Shown piece by piece: positions 15,575-24,739 of a stretch of 25,109 nucleotides of DNA. Origin of the DNA: Coleofasciculus sp. B1-GNL1-01 (GTDB lineage Bacteria > Cyanobacteriota > Cyanobacteriia > Cyanobacteriales > Coleofasciculaceae); NCBI GenBank assembly GCA_040220235.1, contig JAVJTO010000137.1; one strand, 5' to 3'. The position numbers were made by a program, and so were the translations under genes. The notes below the pieces were generated by a model. It did not search any database. It saw only the letters and a program-made list of their open reading frames with translations, and was not told the origin of the DNA. Every line of letters begins with the position of its first letter. The stretch's first letter is position 1.

Positions 15575-16477
15575 CTATTCGTTCACCTCTGAAACTGAGA
15601 AATCAGCAAAATCGACATACACATCTTTCGGAGTTGCCCAAGACGGATCACCACCGCCAAAAAAGGTGGAGAAAAATATACCATCAATTTTCAGGTCTTC
15701 AACGGTGCGAAATGTCAATCCTTGTTCATCTAAAACCATATTGCCATCCAACCAAACTTTAACCCGACCATTGGCTTGACCTGGTTCATTAAGGACAACT
15801 TCTTGCTCAATATGATGCCAAGTTCCAGGGATAAATTGCCAATTCCCCCGACCAATTGATGTGCCGTATTCGTCACTGGTGGGTAGATAGGCATACAGTT
15901 CCCCATCGCCATTGCGTCTCCACATAAAGCGCGTCGAAAATCCATCGGTTCCATCAGGCGTTGTCCCGCCACTAGCACCGTCACCGCCGTACAGTCCCGG
16001 CAATTTCCCCCCCTTCACAAAGTCAAAGTCGTCGGAAAAACGAACATAATAACTCAAGCGCAGGGAGTCTTTAGCGGGTAAACCTAAATCCGCATAAAAC
16101 TGCGTACCTCCTAAGGGGGCATCATTTTTTCGAGAAACTGTAGGGCTAGCTGAACCCGCCGGATAGTTTACCCGCAGCACTTGAGCAAATCTGCCGTCGG
16201 CATCTTTAATCACTTCACTATTTTCTAAACCCCATTGTTTCTCACTTTTAAACTGCCAAGATTGCTGCCAATCCGTTGCGGCAAAGCTATCTGACCAAAG
16301 CGGGGTAACATCAGTGTTAGAGGCTACATCTTGACTGGTTTCTGTGGAATTGCTTAAAGCAGAAGAGGACTCTATTTCATTTGAAGCAGTCTGAGCGCAA
16401 CTATTCAGCATGATGACTAAAAAAGCTGCACTTAAGAATTGACCTGAAGCGGTTAGATGCTTAAATTTGATTGACAT
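15575..16477 (-). CDS. Polysaccharide lyase family 14-like lipoprotein (alginate/glucuronan lyase type)
   Basis: Lipobox-like LNSC after a hydrophobic signal, then a Ser/Thr-rich linker. LRVNYPAGS, FDFVKGGKLPGLYGG, GFSTRFMWR, ELYAYLP and FFSTFFGGGD. Confidence 0.78.
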   Translation of the reverse strand: MSIKFKHLTASGQFLSAAFLVIMLNSCAQTASNEIESSSALSNSTETSQDVASNTDVTPLWSDSFAATDWQQSWQFKSEKQWGLENSEVIKDADGRFAQVLRVNYPAGSASPTVSRKNDAPLGGTQFYADLGLPAKDSLRLSYYVRFSDDFDFVKGGKLPGLYGGDGASGGTTPDGTDGFSTRFMWRRNGDGELYAYLPTSDEYGTSIGRGNWQFIPGTWHHIEQEVVLNEPGQANGRVKVWLDGNMVLDEQGLTFRTVEDLKIDGIFFSTFFGGGDPSWATPKDVYVDFADFSVSEVNE

Positions 16478-16704
16478 GGGTTTGGCTTAAACGTGCGGGA
16501 TAGCGTAGAGTTTTGAGCATTTTCATCTTGATGCACCCTCAACCATCCAATTTAATCCTTGCTCTCTGCTTTTGTCAGCCCTTGACTGAAGAAAGGCAGA
16601 TGGCAGATGGCAAGGTGATAAGGAATAAGGAAATCATCACTGTTTAGATAGACCTCAATACTCCTCGGATACGCTCTAATTTAATTGCTTCTCCCCCAGC
16701 TTCC

Positions 16705-16728
16705 AGACGCGCCATGGCGCGTCTCTAC
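16705..16728. repeat. REP-like palindrome downstream of lepA
   Basis: AGACGCGCCATGGCGCGTCT is a perfect palindrome followed by CTAC; it is related to the copy at about 6547-6570. Confidence 0.55.
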
Positions 16729-16746
16729 ATCGCTTCCCCATCTCCC

Positions 16747-18558
16747 CTACTGGGGTTCAAGGCGCAAGACTGCCATAAATGCTTCCTGAGGCACATCAAC
16801 TGTACCTAAAGACTTCATCCGCTTTTTCCCTTTTGCCTGCTTCTGCAACAATTTTTTCTTGCGGCTAATATCCCCGCCGTAACATTTAGCTAGTACGTCT
16901 TTCCGCAGTGCGGGAATATGCTCACTAGCAATGACCCGACTCCCAATTGAGGCTTGCAGGGGAATTTTAAATTGGTGACGGGGAATCAATTCTCGGAGTT
17001 TTTCGACTAACGCCCGACCAACACTGTAAGCTTTATCCCGGTGAACAATCATTGCCAGGGAATCGACTGGATCACCATTAATTAACACATCAAGACGGAC
17101 GAGCGTGTTTTCTCGATACCCGATAAGCTGATATTCCATACTGGCATAACCGCGCGATCGCGACTTGAGTTGGTCAAAAAAGTCAGTCACGACTTCCGCC
17201 AAAGGTAATTCATACACCAAGGTGGTTCGCCCTTGGGTTAAATACCGCATATCTTTAAACTCACCCCGCCGCGTTTGGCACAGTTCCATCAGCGTCCCCA
17301 CATAAGTTTCTGGGGTAATCATCTCGATGCGAACATAAGGTTCTTCAATTTTCTCCCGCTGCTGGGGTGGAGGGAGTAAGCTGGGGTTGTCGATTTCCAA
17401 CACCTCCCCATCGATATTGGTAACTCGATAGACCACCGACGGGGCGGTAATAATTAAATCTAAATCATACTCCCGTTCTAATCGCTCCTGGACAATTTCC
17501 ATGTGCAATAAGCCCAAGAAACCACACCGGAAACCAAACCCCATGGCGCTGGAGGTTTCCGGTTCATAGTTGAGAGCCGAATCATTGAGTTTGAGACGGT
17601 TTAGAGCTTCGCGTAAATCTTCGTACTGATCCGCGTCGGTGGGGAATAAGCCACAGAACACCATGGGTTTGGCTTCCTTATAACCCGGTAAGGGGTTCTC
17701 CGCTGGTTCAGTCGCTAGGGTAATTGTATCGCCGACACGGGCATCTTCTACGGTTTTAATCGCCGCTGCTATATATCCCACTTCTCCGGCGTGGAGTTGC
17801 TCAACCTGGATTTGTGTTGGTGATAGTACGCCCAGTTCATCAATTTCATATTCTTTTTTGGATGCCATCAGGCGAACTTTATCCCCGGTTTTCACCGTAC
17901 CATCCATCACCCGGAAATAGACGATGACGCCTCGGTAGGGGTCATAGTAGCTATCAAAAATCAAGGCTCGCAGGGGCTGATCGATGGTGTCTTGGGGAGG
18001 AGGAACCAAATGCACGATGGATTCTAAAATCTCATCCACACCAACACCCTCCTTTGCCGATGCGAGGATGGCTCCGCTACAATCGAGACCAATGACCTCT
18101 TCGATTTCTGAGATCACTCGTTCGGGTTCTGCTCCTGGGAGGTCAATCTTATTCAGAACCGGAATGATTTCCAGGTCATGCTCCAAGGCTAAATAAACAT
18201 TTGCCAGAGTTTGAGCCTCAACCCCCTGAGAGGCGTCTACCACGAGCAATGCGCCCTCGCAAGCGACAAGCGATCGCGAGACTTCATAAGAGAAATCCAC
18301 ATGACCCGGGGTGTCAATCAAATTGAGAACGTATTGCTCACCATCTCGCCCCTGATAGTTCATGCGAGCGGCTTGCAGTTTAATGGTAATCCCGCGCTCC
18401 CGTTCCAATTCCATGTTGTCCAGGAACTGTTCCTTCATCTGGCGATCGCTCACCGTACCGGTTGTCTGCAGGAGGCGATCGGCTAAAGTGGATTTACCAT
18501 GATCAATATGAGCAATGATGGAAAAATTGCGAATGCGAGAGACAGGAACATCAGTCAT
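16747..18558 (-). CDS. lepA: Translation elongation factor 4 (LepA)
   Basis: [55 protein letters not shown] and [14 protein letters not shown]. Start moved to the ATG at 18558 (603 aa). Confidence 0.98.
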   Translation of the reverse strand: MTDVPVSRIRNFSIIAHIDHGKSTLADRLLQTTGTVSDRQMKEQFLDNMELERERGITIKLQAARMNYQGRDGEQYVLNLIDTPGHVDFSYEVSRSLVACEGALLVVDASQGVEAQTLANVYLALEHDLEIIPVLNKIDLPGAEPERVISEIEEVIGLDCSGAILASAKEGVGVDEILESIVHLVPPPQDTIDQPLRALIFDSYYDPYRGVIVYFRVMDGTVKTGDKVRLMASKKEYEIDELGVLSPTQIQVEQLHAGEVGYIAAAIKTVEDARVGDTITLATEPAENPLPGYKEAKPMVFCGLFPTDADQYEDLREALNRLKLNDSALNYEPETSSAMGFGFRCGFLGLLHMEIVQERLEREYDLDLIITAPSVVYRVTNIDGEVLEIDNPSLLPPPQQREKIEEPYVRIEMITPETYVGTLMELCQTRRGEFKDMRYLTQGRTTLVYELPLAEVVTDFFDQLKSRSRGYASMEYQLIGYRENTLVRLDVLINGDPVDSLAMIVHRDKAYSVGRALVEKLRELIPRHQFKIPLQASIGSRVIASEHIPALRKDVLAKCYGGDISRKKKLLQKQAKGKKRMKSLGTVDVPQEAFMAVLRLEPQ

Positions 18559-18761
18559 AAAATTATCGGGTGACAAAAAAAATCGGCAACACGGAATGGA
18601 TGGCTCTTAATGTATTTTAATGTTTCTTCCCAAAAAGGGGACAATACTCCTGATACTCTAACTCCAGAGAACCTTTTTGGGCTAAGTACGTCACGAATCT
18701 CAGGTGGCAAGAGAGCAAGTTGTCGTAAAATGTAGTGTAGGGGAAGACCAAAACGCTGAAA

Positions 18762-18992
18762 ATGAATAATCATGCCGTCCATCGAGAGCATTCAACAGAC
18801 AAGGAAGAAATCTCCATCCTCATGGATGCTCAACTGTTAGACCAAATCAAACACTTAACCAATGATCCGTCTAAGGTGATAGAAACAGCCATTCGTCAAT
18901 GGCTAAGAGGAGAGCGCGATCGCGATGATGAGCTAACCCGCACCTTGAGACGAAATCCACCAGTACCGCCACGAGGCGAATGGAACGATTGA
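18762..18992 (+). CDS. Small conserved protein, ribbon-helix-helix/CcdA-antitoxin-like
   Basis: 76 aa. KEEISILMDAQLLDQIKHLTNDPSKVIETAIRQWL fits a beta-alpha-alpha pattern. No adjacent toxin gene is visible. Confidence 0.55.
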   Translation: MNNHAVHREHSTDKEEISILMDAQLLDQIKHLTNDPSKVIETAIRQWLRGERDRDDELTRTLRRNPPVPPRGEWND

Positions 18993-19117
18993 GAGCCAAG
19001 AGGTTCGTCGCTTTATTCTTTCGCCTGAGGCTCCAGGGCGTTAAGGGGTTGCATTTATGTCTGTCTTGGTGCGAGCGCTAATCCTTTCGCTGCTTGTAGT
19101 TTCCAGGTTTCTTGTAG

Positions 19118-20827
19118 ATGATTGCTCCTGCTGATTTCCACCATCCTCGATTCGGGTATACCACTATGCAATCTACTACTGCACAAGGCAAGTCAAGCTT
19201 TTTGCAGGAGTTAGAGGTTGAGCTGATGTGTAGCCAAGATGCATCAGGTCAGTATCACTCCTTTTATTGGCGACAAGCCGAGCAGCATGATTTAACTCAA
19301 GAACAGGTTATTGGGGTTCCCCTCAACGAAACCTTTCATCCCATTGCTCTAGATGCTTATCGGGATCGAATCCAGCGGATTCTAGACAACCGCACCCCAG
19401 AACGCTGTATCCACGACTTCTGCTATGGCGATCACGTTTTTCCCTTTGAACTGGTGATCAGCCCAATTTTACAAGCAGACGGTCAGGCGACTCAGGTTTG
19501 GGTGATAGGTCATCTATTACCTGAGGGTTCGGTGCAAAAAGTGATCGATTCGCTGGTACCGTTAAGTGTCGATCCGAATCAAAAACTGCTGACCCAAATT
19601 GCCCGCCGGATTCGCCGGACGTTAGACTTAGATACAATCTGGCAACAAACGGTAGACAGTTTAGGCAAAGCTCTACAAGTCAGTCGCTGTATTATCTGTT
19701 CCTACAAACCCGACTATACGGATGTCAAGGTGGAAGCGGAGTATCGCCAAGACTCATTAGAGGAAATGTTGGGGATGACGCTGGAACTGGAGTCGGAACT
19801 GATAATGAAACAAGCGATGTGGAGTTCCGAACCCGTTGTAGTTGACCAAATCGTCCCGAGTCGGTTTCAGGAAAAATCCCTGCTGGTGGTTTCCACGTCA
19901 TATAAAGATGAACCCAATGGCTTAATTAGTTTACAACAGTGCGATCGCCACCGTCCGTGGAGTGATGCGGAAATTGAGCTAGTGCGGGAGTTAGCCGAAC
20001 AAGTGGGAACCGCGATCGCTCATGGTACGCTCTATAAAGAACTGGAACTAGCCAGAGAACAAGCCGAAGAAGTGTCTCGCCTCAAGAGTGAATTTCTTGC
20101 TAGCACGTCTCACGAATTGCGGACGCCCCTAAATGGGATGATTGGCTTTCTCAAGCTGATTCTGGAAGGGATGGCGGATGATCCTGAAGAACAGCGCGAG
20201 TTTATCCAGGAAGCCCATAATAGCGCCTTACATCTGCTCAACATCATCAACGATATCTTAGATATCGCCAAGATTGAAGCCGGAAAAATGGAGCTGGAGT
20301 TTAGTCCAGTTGAGTTAGAGTATCTATTTAATAAGGTCTATGATTTTACCGCTCAGCAAGCTCATCATAAAAACTTGAGCTTCACCCTGGAAATTCCCGC
20401 CGTCTACGATGGCATTGTTATGTATGGGAACTATCAACGGTTACTCCAGGTGATGCTAAATCTGGTGGGGAATGCGATTAAATTTACCGATGAAGGGGGA
20501 ATTACCATCAGCGCCGAAGTCATTCGCAAGAAAGTCCATTTCCAAGGACAGGAATTTCCCGGACATGTGAAAGTGCGGGTTGCGGATACAGGAATTGGGG
20601 TTTCCTTGGATAAGCAGGACAAACTCTTCCAATCCTTTAGCCAGGTGCATGGTGGACTCAATCGTCCTTACGGGGGAACCGGGTTAGGGTTAGCCATTTC
20701 CCAAAAGCTAGTGGAAACCATGGGCGGTGTCGTACATTTCTTTAGCATGGGGGAAAACTTAGGTTCAACTGTGACATTTACTGTACCCCTTTATCAAGAA
20801 CCCGTGATGGTGTCGCGCACAGATTGA
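19118..20827 (+). CDS. Cytoplasmic PAS-like/GAF sensor histidine kinase
   Basis: GAF (IRRTLDLDTIWQQTV..LQQCDRHRPWSDAEIEL), H-box SHELRTPLN, N-box NLVGNAIKFT, G1 DTGIG and G2 GGTGLGLAIS. No TM or receiver domain. The start may be further downstream. Confidence 0.92.
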   Translation: MIAPADFHHPRFGYTTMQSTTAQGKSSFLQELEVELMCSQDASGQYHSFYWRQAEQHDLTQEQVIGVPLNETFHPIALDAYRDRIQRILDNRTPERCIHDFCYGDHVFPFELVISPILQADGQATQVWVIGHLLPEGSVQKVIDSLVPLSVDPNQKLLTQIARRIRRTLDLDTIWQQTVDSLGKALQVSRCIICSYKPDYTDVKVEAEYRQDSLEEMLGMTLELESELIMKQAMWSSEPVVVDQIVPSRFQEKSLLVVSTSYKDEPNGLISLQQCDRHRPWSDAEIELVRELAEQVGTAIAHGTLYKELELAREQAEEVSRLKSEFLASTSHELRTPLNGMIGFLKLILEGMADDPEEQREFIQEAHNSALHLLNIINDILDIAKIEAGKMELEFSPVELEYLFNKVYDFTAQQAHHKNLSFTLEIPAVYDGIVMYGNYQRLLQVMLNLVGNAIKFTDEGGITISAEVIRKKVHFQGQEFPGHVKVRVADTGIGVSLDKQDKLFQSFSQVHGGLNRPYGGTGLGLAISQKLVETMGGVVHFFSMGENLGSTVTFTVPLYQEPVMVSRTD

Positions 20828-21083
20828 TCGGGTAGCTGAAGGATGTTTTATCTTATTCAGTCAGCTTTTGCCGACTGGAGCTTTCAGCCTTGAGTTTACA
20901 TCAAAGGCTGTTGAATATTCAAAAAGTTAGGGGAATCCCCTAAGTCTGATACCTTCCCCTAACTGTTTATTTGAGATAATCACTACCATCCAGCCTCTAG
21001 AGGATACGGTTGGCATAAGGAAAGTTCTGCCAACTATTCTGAACTCAACGTAAGCGATTAGAGTTGAGTCAGGAACATTATCT

Positions 21084-21512
21084 ATGAATACTCAGGCTGG
21101 CATAGTATTAAACCTAATTCTTTGGGGAACGGTTTTGAGTCAGCCTGTCATTGGCATTCAACCTCATCAACGTTTCCTGATGTTATCATTTTACCCTCAA
21201 GCTGGACAGGATTTATTATTAACCCAAAAAAACGTCATCCAAGTAGGCGAACCCCCACTCAATCCAGGTTCTCCCGATGAACGGATACCAGCAGGAACCC
21301 ACAAGAGCAATAGTTTGGCTGTTTCGCCAACACGGAAGGATTTGGCAAGAGTGGAAGAGGAACCGACTCCACCAAAAGAGCAGATACCAGGGGGTAGTCG
21401 GTGGATTGCGATACTACGAAATGTGAACAAGCATCAAATCCTGGGGGTTCCCTGTTTCCTGTTGCCTGTTCCCTCGCCTCACCACAACTCTTATTCAGCA
21501 ACCCCTACTTAA
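21084..21512 (+). CDS. Hypothetical small, possibly secreted protein; 3' end runs into a repeat
   Basis: AGGA upstream, hydrophobic N-terminus, and two Pro/Gly motifs (PGSPDERIPAGTH, PTPPKEQIPGGSR). The last ~20 codons derive from a TGTTCCC heptamer tract and a MITE end. Confidence 0.4.
   Translation: MNTQAGIVLNLILWGTVLSQPVIGIQPHQRFLMLSFYPQAGQDLLLTQKNVIQVGEPPLNPGSPDERIPAGTHKSNSLAVSPTRKDLARVEEEPTPPKEQIPGGSRWIAILRNVNKHQILGVPCFLLPVPSPHHNSYSATPT
21448..21507. repeat. Heptamer tandem repeat plus MITE right end
   Basis: TTCCCTGTTTCCTGTTGCCTGTTCCC followed by CACCACAACTCTTATTCAGCAACCCCTA, matching 182-209. Confidence 0.55.
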
Positions 21513-21627
21513 ACTTAAATCAATCTTAAGGAAGAGGCAAATGCAGCGACAATTTTTTAATAAAAATCATCCGATATTTCTAGGACAAATCTACGTAATT
21601 CGATAGAAAACCTGAACCCGATCACTT

Positions 21628-21643
21628 TGTTAATCTGATCACA
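21628..21643. promoter_or_regulatory. Candidate CRP-family binding site
   Basis: TGTTA-ATCTGA-TCACA has one mismatch to TGTGA-N6-TCACA and lies about 85 nt upstream of the DUF2267 start. Confidence 0.45.
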
Positions 21644-21726
21644 GTGGTGTTACAGAGGTTCACAGCAATAAAAACCTCTGGCATCCGATGAAAATAACAT
21701 AAATAAAAGGAGGAATAATAATAGTT

Positions 21727-22170
21727 ATGTCTATGACAGGATTACCAGCATTTGACACCACCGTTCAAAAGAGCAACACTTGGGTCAATGACGTAGCCAA
21801 AGAATTGGGCTGGGAGGATAAACACAGAGCATTCCAGGGATTGCGTGTCACCTTGCACGCTTTGCGCGATCGCTTGACGGTAGACGAAGCGGCTCAATTG
21901 GCTGTTCAGTTGCCCATCCTACTGACTGGGTTTTACTACGAAGACTGGAAACCGGCAACCAACCCCAGTAAGGAACGCACTAAAGACCAATTCTTGAGCC
22001 ACATCAGCGATTACTTCCAAACCATTGAACCGAACATTGATGCTGAGGCGATCGCACGCGCTGTTTTCAAGCTTATGTCTAACCGTGTTTCCACGGGTGA
22101 AATCGAAGATATCACCGGCATTCTACCCGCCGAGATTAAAGAACTTTGGCCCCAAGCAGTCCGTGCGTAA
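21727..22170 (+). CDS. DUF2267 domain protein
   Basis: FDTTVQKSNTWVNDV, LRVTLHALRDRLTVDEAAQLAVQLP, FYYEDW, VSTGEIEDI and LPAEIKELWP; AGGAGG upstream. Confidence 0.85.
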   Translation: MSMTGLPAFDTTVQKSNTWVNDVAKELGWEDKHRAFQGLRVTLHALRDRLTVDEAAQLAVQLPILLTGFYYEDWKPATNPSKERTKDQFLSHISDYFQTIEPNIDAEAIARAVFKLMSNRVSTGEIEDITGILPAEIKELWPQAVRA

Positions 22171-22211
22171 TTGTAAATAGCAGCAATAGCTGAATTGAGG
22201 ACTGATAATTT

Positions 22212-22832
22212 ATGCAACTTCCCTTAGAAATTTCCTATCGGGATGTACAAAAAACCGACGCGCTGGATGCATTAGTCCAGGAAAAAGTTGGTAAGTTAGA
22301 GCAGGTTTGCGACCACATTAATAGTTGCCGCATTGCCATTGAACAGGCACATAAGCAACCAAATAGCGGTTCTCCCTATCGGGTGCGAATCGATATGACA
22401 GTACCACCAGGTCACGAACTTGCCGTAGTCGAAAATCCGGGAGAAGGAACGCAGTACCAGCCCGTAGAAACCGTAATACGCAACGCCTTTGAGTCGGCAC
22501 GTCGCCAGCTTATCGAACTTAGCGAACGGCAACGGAATGAGGTCAAAACTCATCCGACTCAGGAAATGACAGCAATAGTGACCAAGTTATTTCCCGAGGA
22601 AGGGTACGGCTTTCTCAAAACCGTGGAGGGTCAGGAAGTCTATTTCCACCGCAATAGTGTCCTCCATGATGACTTTGACCGCTTAAGTATCGGTACAGGT
22701 GTGCGCTTCTTTGCCGAGGAAGGTGAACAAGGACTGCAAGCCAGTACCGTGCAGATTGTGAACAAGCCGGGTGAGCAGATTTCCAAAGTTGATGAATTGG
22801 AAATTGAACAGCCCCTCGGTTGGAACAAATAA
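22212..22832 (+). CDS. HPF/RaiA (ribosomal S30AE)-like domain + cold-shock domain protein
   Basis: MQLPLEISYRDV..INSCRIAIE..YRVRIDMTVPPG..IRNAFESARRQL. CSD motifs GYGFL, VYFHRNSV and GLQASTV. Confidence 0.85.
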   Translation: MQLPLEISYRDVQKTDALDALVQEKVGKLEQVCDHINSCRIAIEQAHKQPNSGSPYRVRIDMTVPPGHELAVVENPGEGTQYQPVETVIRNAFESARRQLIELSERQRNEVKTHPTQEMTAIVTKLFPEEGYGFLKTVEGQEVYFHRNSVLHDDFDRLSIGTGVRFFAEEGEQGLQASTVQIVNKPGEQISKVDELEIEQPLGWNK

Positions 22833-22843
22833 ATTAGCACTTG

Positions 22844-22948
22844 TGTAGGGGTGGGTTTCACGATTATCGTTTCTGACATCACAACAGATGCGACTAAACC
22901 CGCCCCGACCGATGAGTTCCAGACGTAGCAAGCTACGTCTGGAACTCA
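22844..22948. repeat. REP-like inverted repeat plus a perfect 17-bp hairpin between convergent genes (possible terminator)
   Basis: GTAGGGGTGGGTTT...AAACCCGCCCCGAC (about 22845-22909). TGAGTTCCAGACGTAGC-AA-GCTACGTCTGGAACTCA (22913-22948). Confidence 0.65.
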
Positions 22949-23047
22949 GCTATCATACATTTAAATTGGGTATTAGTAGCGAGCAAGATGCTCGCACTAC
23001 AAGGATTACGCCATTATTGATATTAAGGTTTAAATGTCGAACAGCTT
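22948..23047. mobile_element. MITE, inverted second copy of 14691-14816
   Basis: The reverse complement aligns to 14691-14816 with a few substitutions and without the 26-nt insert. Its end overlaps the moeA stop codon. Confidence 0.75.
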
Positions 23048-24311
23048 AGCCTACCGACAAAACTTGCACCGTTTCTCCGGCTGAAATTAAAGTTTGACCC
23101 ACGGGTACAACCGCCAGACCTGTGGTTTGAGCTAAGTTAATTAAATTCCCCGAACTGTGACTCCCACCCGCCAGATTGAATTCATAGTTTCCCTCAACTA
23201 ATTGAAGCTGACCCCACAAATAGGATTCTCGACGCCCATCGGATTTAAGTTCGCTACGGGAGATGGCGTTGATAAATCTGGGCTTCCATTGTTGCGTTGG
23301 TAAACCAGACAGCTTTTTCATCACAGGTTGCACAAATCGCCAACAACTGACTAAAGCCGAGACTGGATTTCCGGGGAGACCAAAATATAAGACTGGATGC
23401 GATGAGCCTTTTTTATTCCCCTGACTCGGAGGCGGAAACGCCGCCACGGTTAAGGGTTTACCGGGTTTAACCGCAACCGAACGGATGTGAATCTCCGCAT
23501 TCAGTTGGGCTAAGATTTCATCTACATAGTCATACTCGCCCACAGAGACGCCACCTGTAGACAGAACCATATCGGCAGCTAGAATCGCTTGGGCAATGGC
23601 TTGCTTCAGGGCGTCCGGTTGATCACGGACAATCCCCTGTACCTGAGGGATTCCGCCACAGAGAGTCACCCAAGCGGCTAAGGCGTATTGGTTGGAATCG
23701 ACAATTTGACCCGGTTGCAAGGGTTGGTACGGCGTAACCAGTTCATTCCCCGTGGAGAGAATCGCAACTTTGGGACGGCGATAGACGGTGAGTTCCGTAC
23801 ATTGGGCGGCGGCGAGGACAGCAATTTCTGGCGCACCTAGTTGAATTCCTGATTCTAAGAGGGGGTCTCCAGCCCGGTAAAAAGATGCCTGATGACGCAC
23901 AAAGCCTTGCGGTTTGGGGACTTGTAAGATTAAAACTTGGTTATCCCGGCGCTGGGTATGTTCCTGCATTACCACTGTATCTGCTCCCTGGGGCATACAG
24001 GCACCGGTGAAGATACGCGCCGCTTGTCCGGGTGCAATGGTTTTTTGTGGTTGATAGCCAGCGGGAATCTCTTCAACTATGTTTAAACTGATTGGTTGCT
24101 GTTCACTCGCTGACTGCACATCCGCATAGCGTACTGCATAACCATCCATCGCCGAATTATCCCAGTGGGGAAAATCTAATTGGCTGGTTACAGGAGACGC
24201 CAAAATGCGACCTGTGGCGGCGGATAGGTCGATGATTTCGCTATCTAACTCAGGGTCTAAAGGTTGGACGAGATCTAAGATAATGGATTCGGCTTGGTTA
24301 ACGGGTAGCAT
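23046..24311 (-). CDS. moeA: Molybdopterin molybdotransferase
   Basis: DNSAMDGYA, RIFTGACMPQGADTVVMQE, ILSTGNEL, STGGVSVG, VKPGKP and GLPGNPVS. Confidence 0.95.
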   Translation of the reverse strand: MLPVNQAESIILDLVQPLDPELDSEIIDLSAATGRILASPVTSQLDFPHWDNSAMDGYAVRYADVQSASEQQPISLNIVEEIPAGYQPQKTIAPGQAARIFTGACMPQGADTVVMQEHTQRRDNQVLILQVPKPQGFVRHQASFYRAGDPLLESGIQLGAPEIAVLAAAQCTELTVYRRPKVAILSTGNELVTPYQPLQPGQIVDSNQYALAAWVTLCGGIPQVQGIVRDQPDALKQAIAQAILAADMVLSTGGVSVGEYDYVDEILAQLNAEIHIRSVAVKPGKPLTVAAFPPPSQGNKKGSSHPVLYFGLPGNPVSALVSCWRFVQPVMKKLSGLPTQQWKPRFINAISRSELKSDGRRESYLWGQLQLVEGNYEFNLAGGSHSSGNLINLAQTTGLAVVPVGQTLISAGETVQVLSVG

Positions 24312-24328
24312 GGGACAAGAATAATGCG

Positions 24329-24739
24329 TTATTCGGCTTCTCCAATCAGTGTAAAGGCTGCCCAGTCTCTAGGATGAGGATGTTTTGCCATGGTCGTCAG
24401 CATGGCTTGTCGCAGCGCTTGGGCTTTGTCAGGATTGTTTTGTAGATTTTGATAAAATTCCTGCATCAGGGAGACTGTAGGAGCATCTGGCACTGTCCAC
24501 AGGGATACAATCACACTGGGTACACCTGCCGAAATAAGGAAGCGGGATAAACCAATGACGCCATCCCCGGTAATTCGACCTTGACCCGTATTGCAGGCGC
24601 TGAGGACAACCAATTCGGCGTTGAGATTCATGGTGAGGATTTCATCAGCTGTAAGTAAGCCGTTATCGTTATTAGAAGGAGCTAGTGCGATCGCACTCCC
24701 TAATCCCCAGATATCATCGAGTATGCCGTGGGTAGCTAG
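24329..24739 (-). pseudogene. C-terminal fragment of a CHAT (caspase-like) domain protein, truncated by an insertion
   Basis: The frame stays open upstream of the listed ORF: LATHGILDD..SAIALAP..GLLTADEI..LVVLSACNTG..VIVSLW..HPRDWAAFTLIG. Homology stops at the CTAG at 24736-24739. Confidence 0.8.

Larger units (their letters stand above)
934..24694. repeat. HIP1 octamer GCGATCGC, dispersed
   Basis: 19 copies counted by eye, starting at 934, 1123, 1820, 3751, 7638, 9279, 9964, 10638, 12991, 13023, 17154, 18270, 18442, 18916, 19941, 20012, 21866, 22048 and 24687. Fewer than 1 would be expected by chance. Confidence 0.9.

Noticed and set aside
18762..18992. Toxin-antitoxin module
   Set aside because: The protein is RHH-like, but there is no adjacent toxin ORF; its neighbours are lepA and a histidine kinase.
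21084..21512. PatS/PatX-type heterocyst inhibitor
   Set aside because: It lacks the RG(S/T)GR pentapeptide.
2162..22931. Numerous 60-120 aa ORFs overlapping larger genes on the opposite strand or in another frame
   Set aside because: They are shadow ORFs of well-supported CDSs with no independent motifs. The exception is 14102-14404, which is part of the nucleotidyltransferase remnant.
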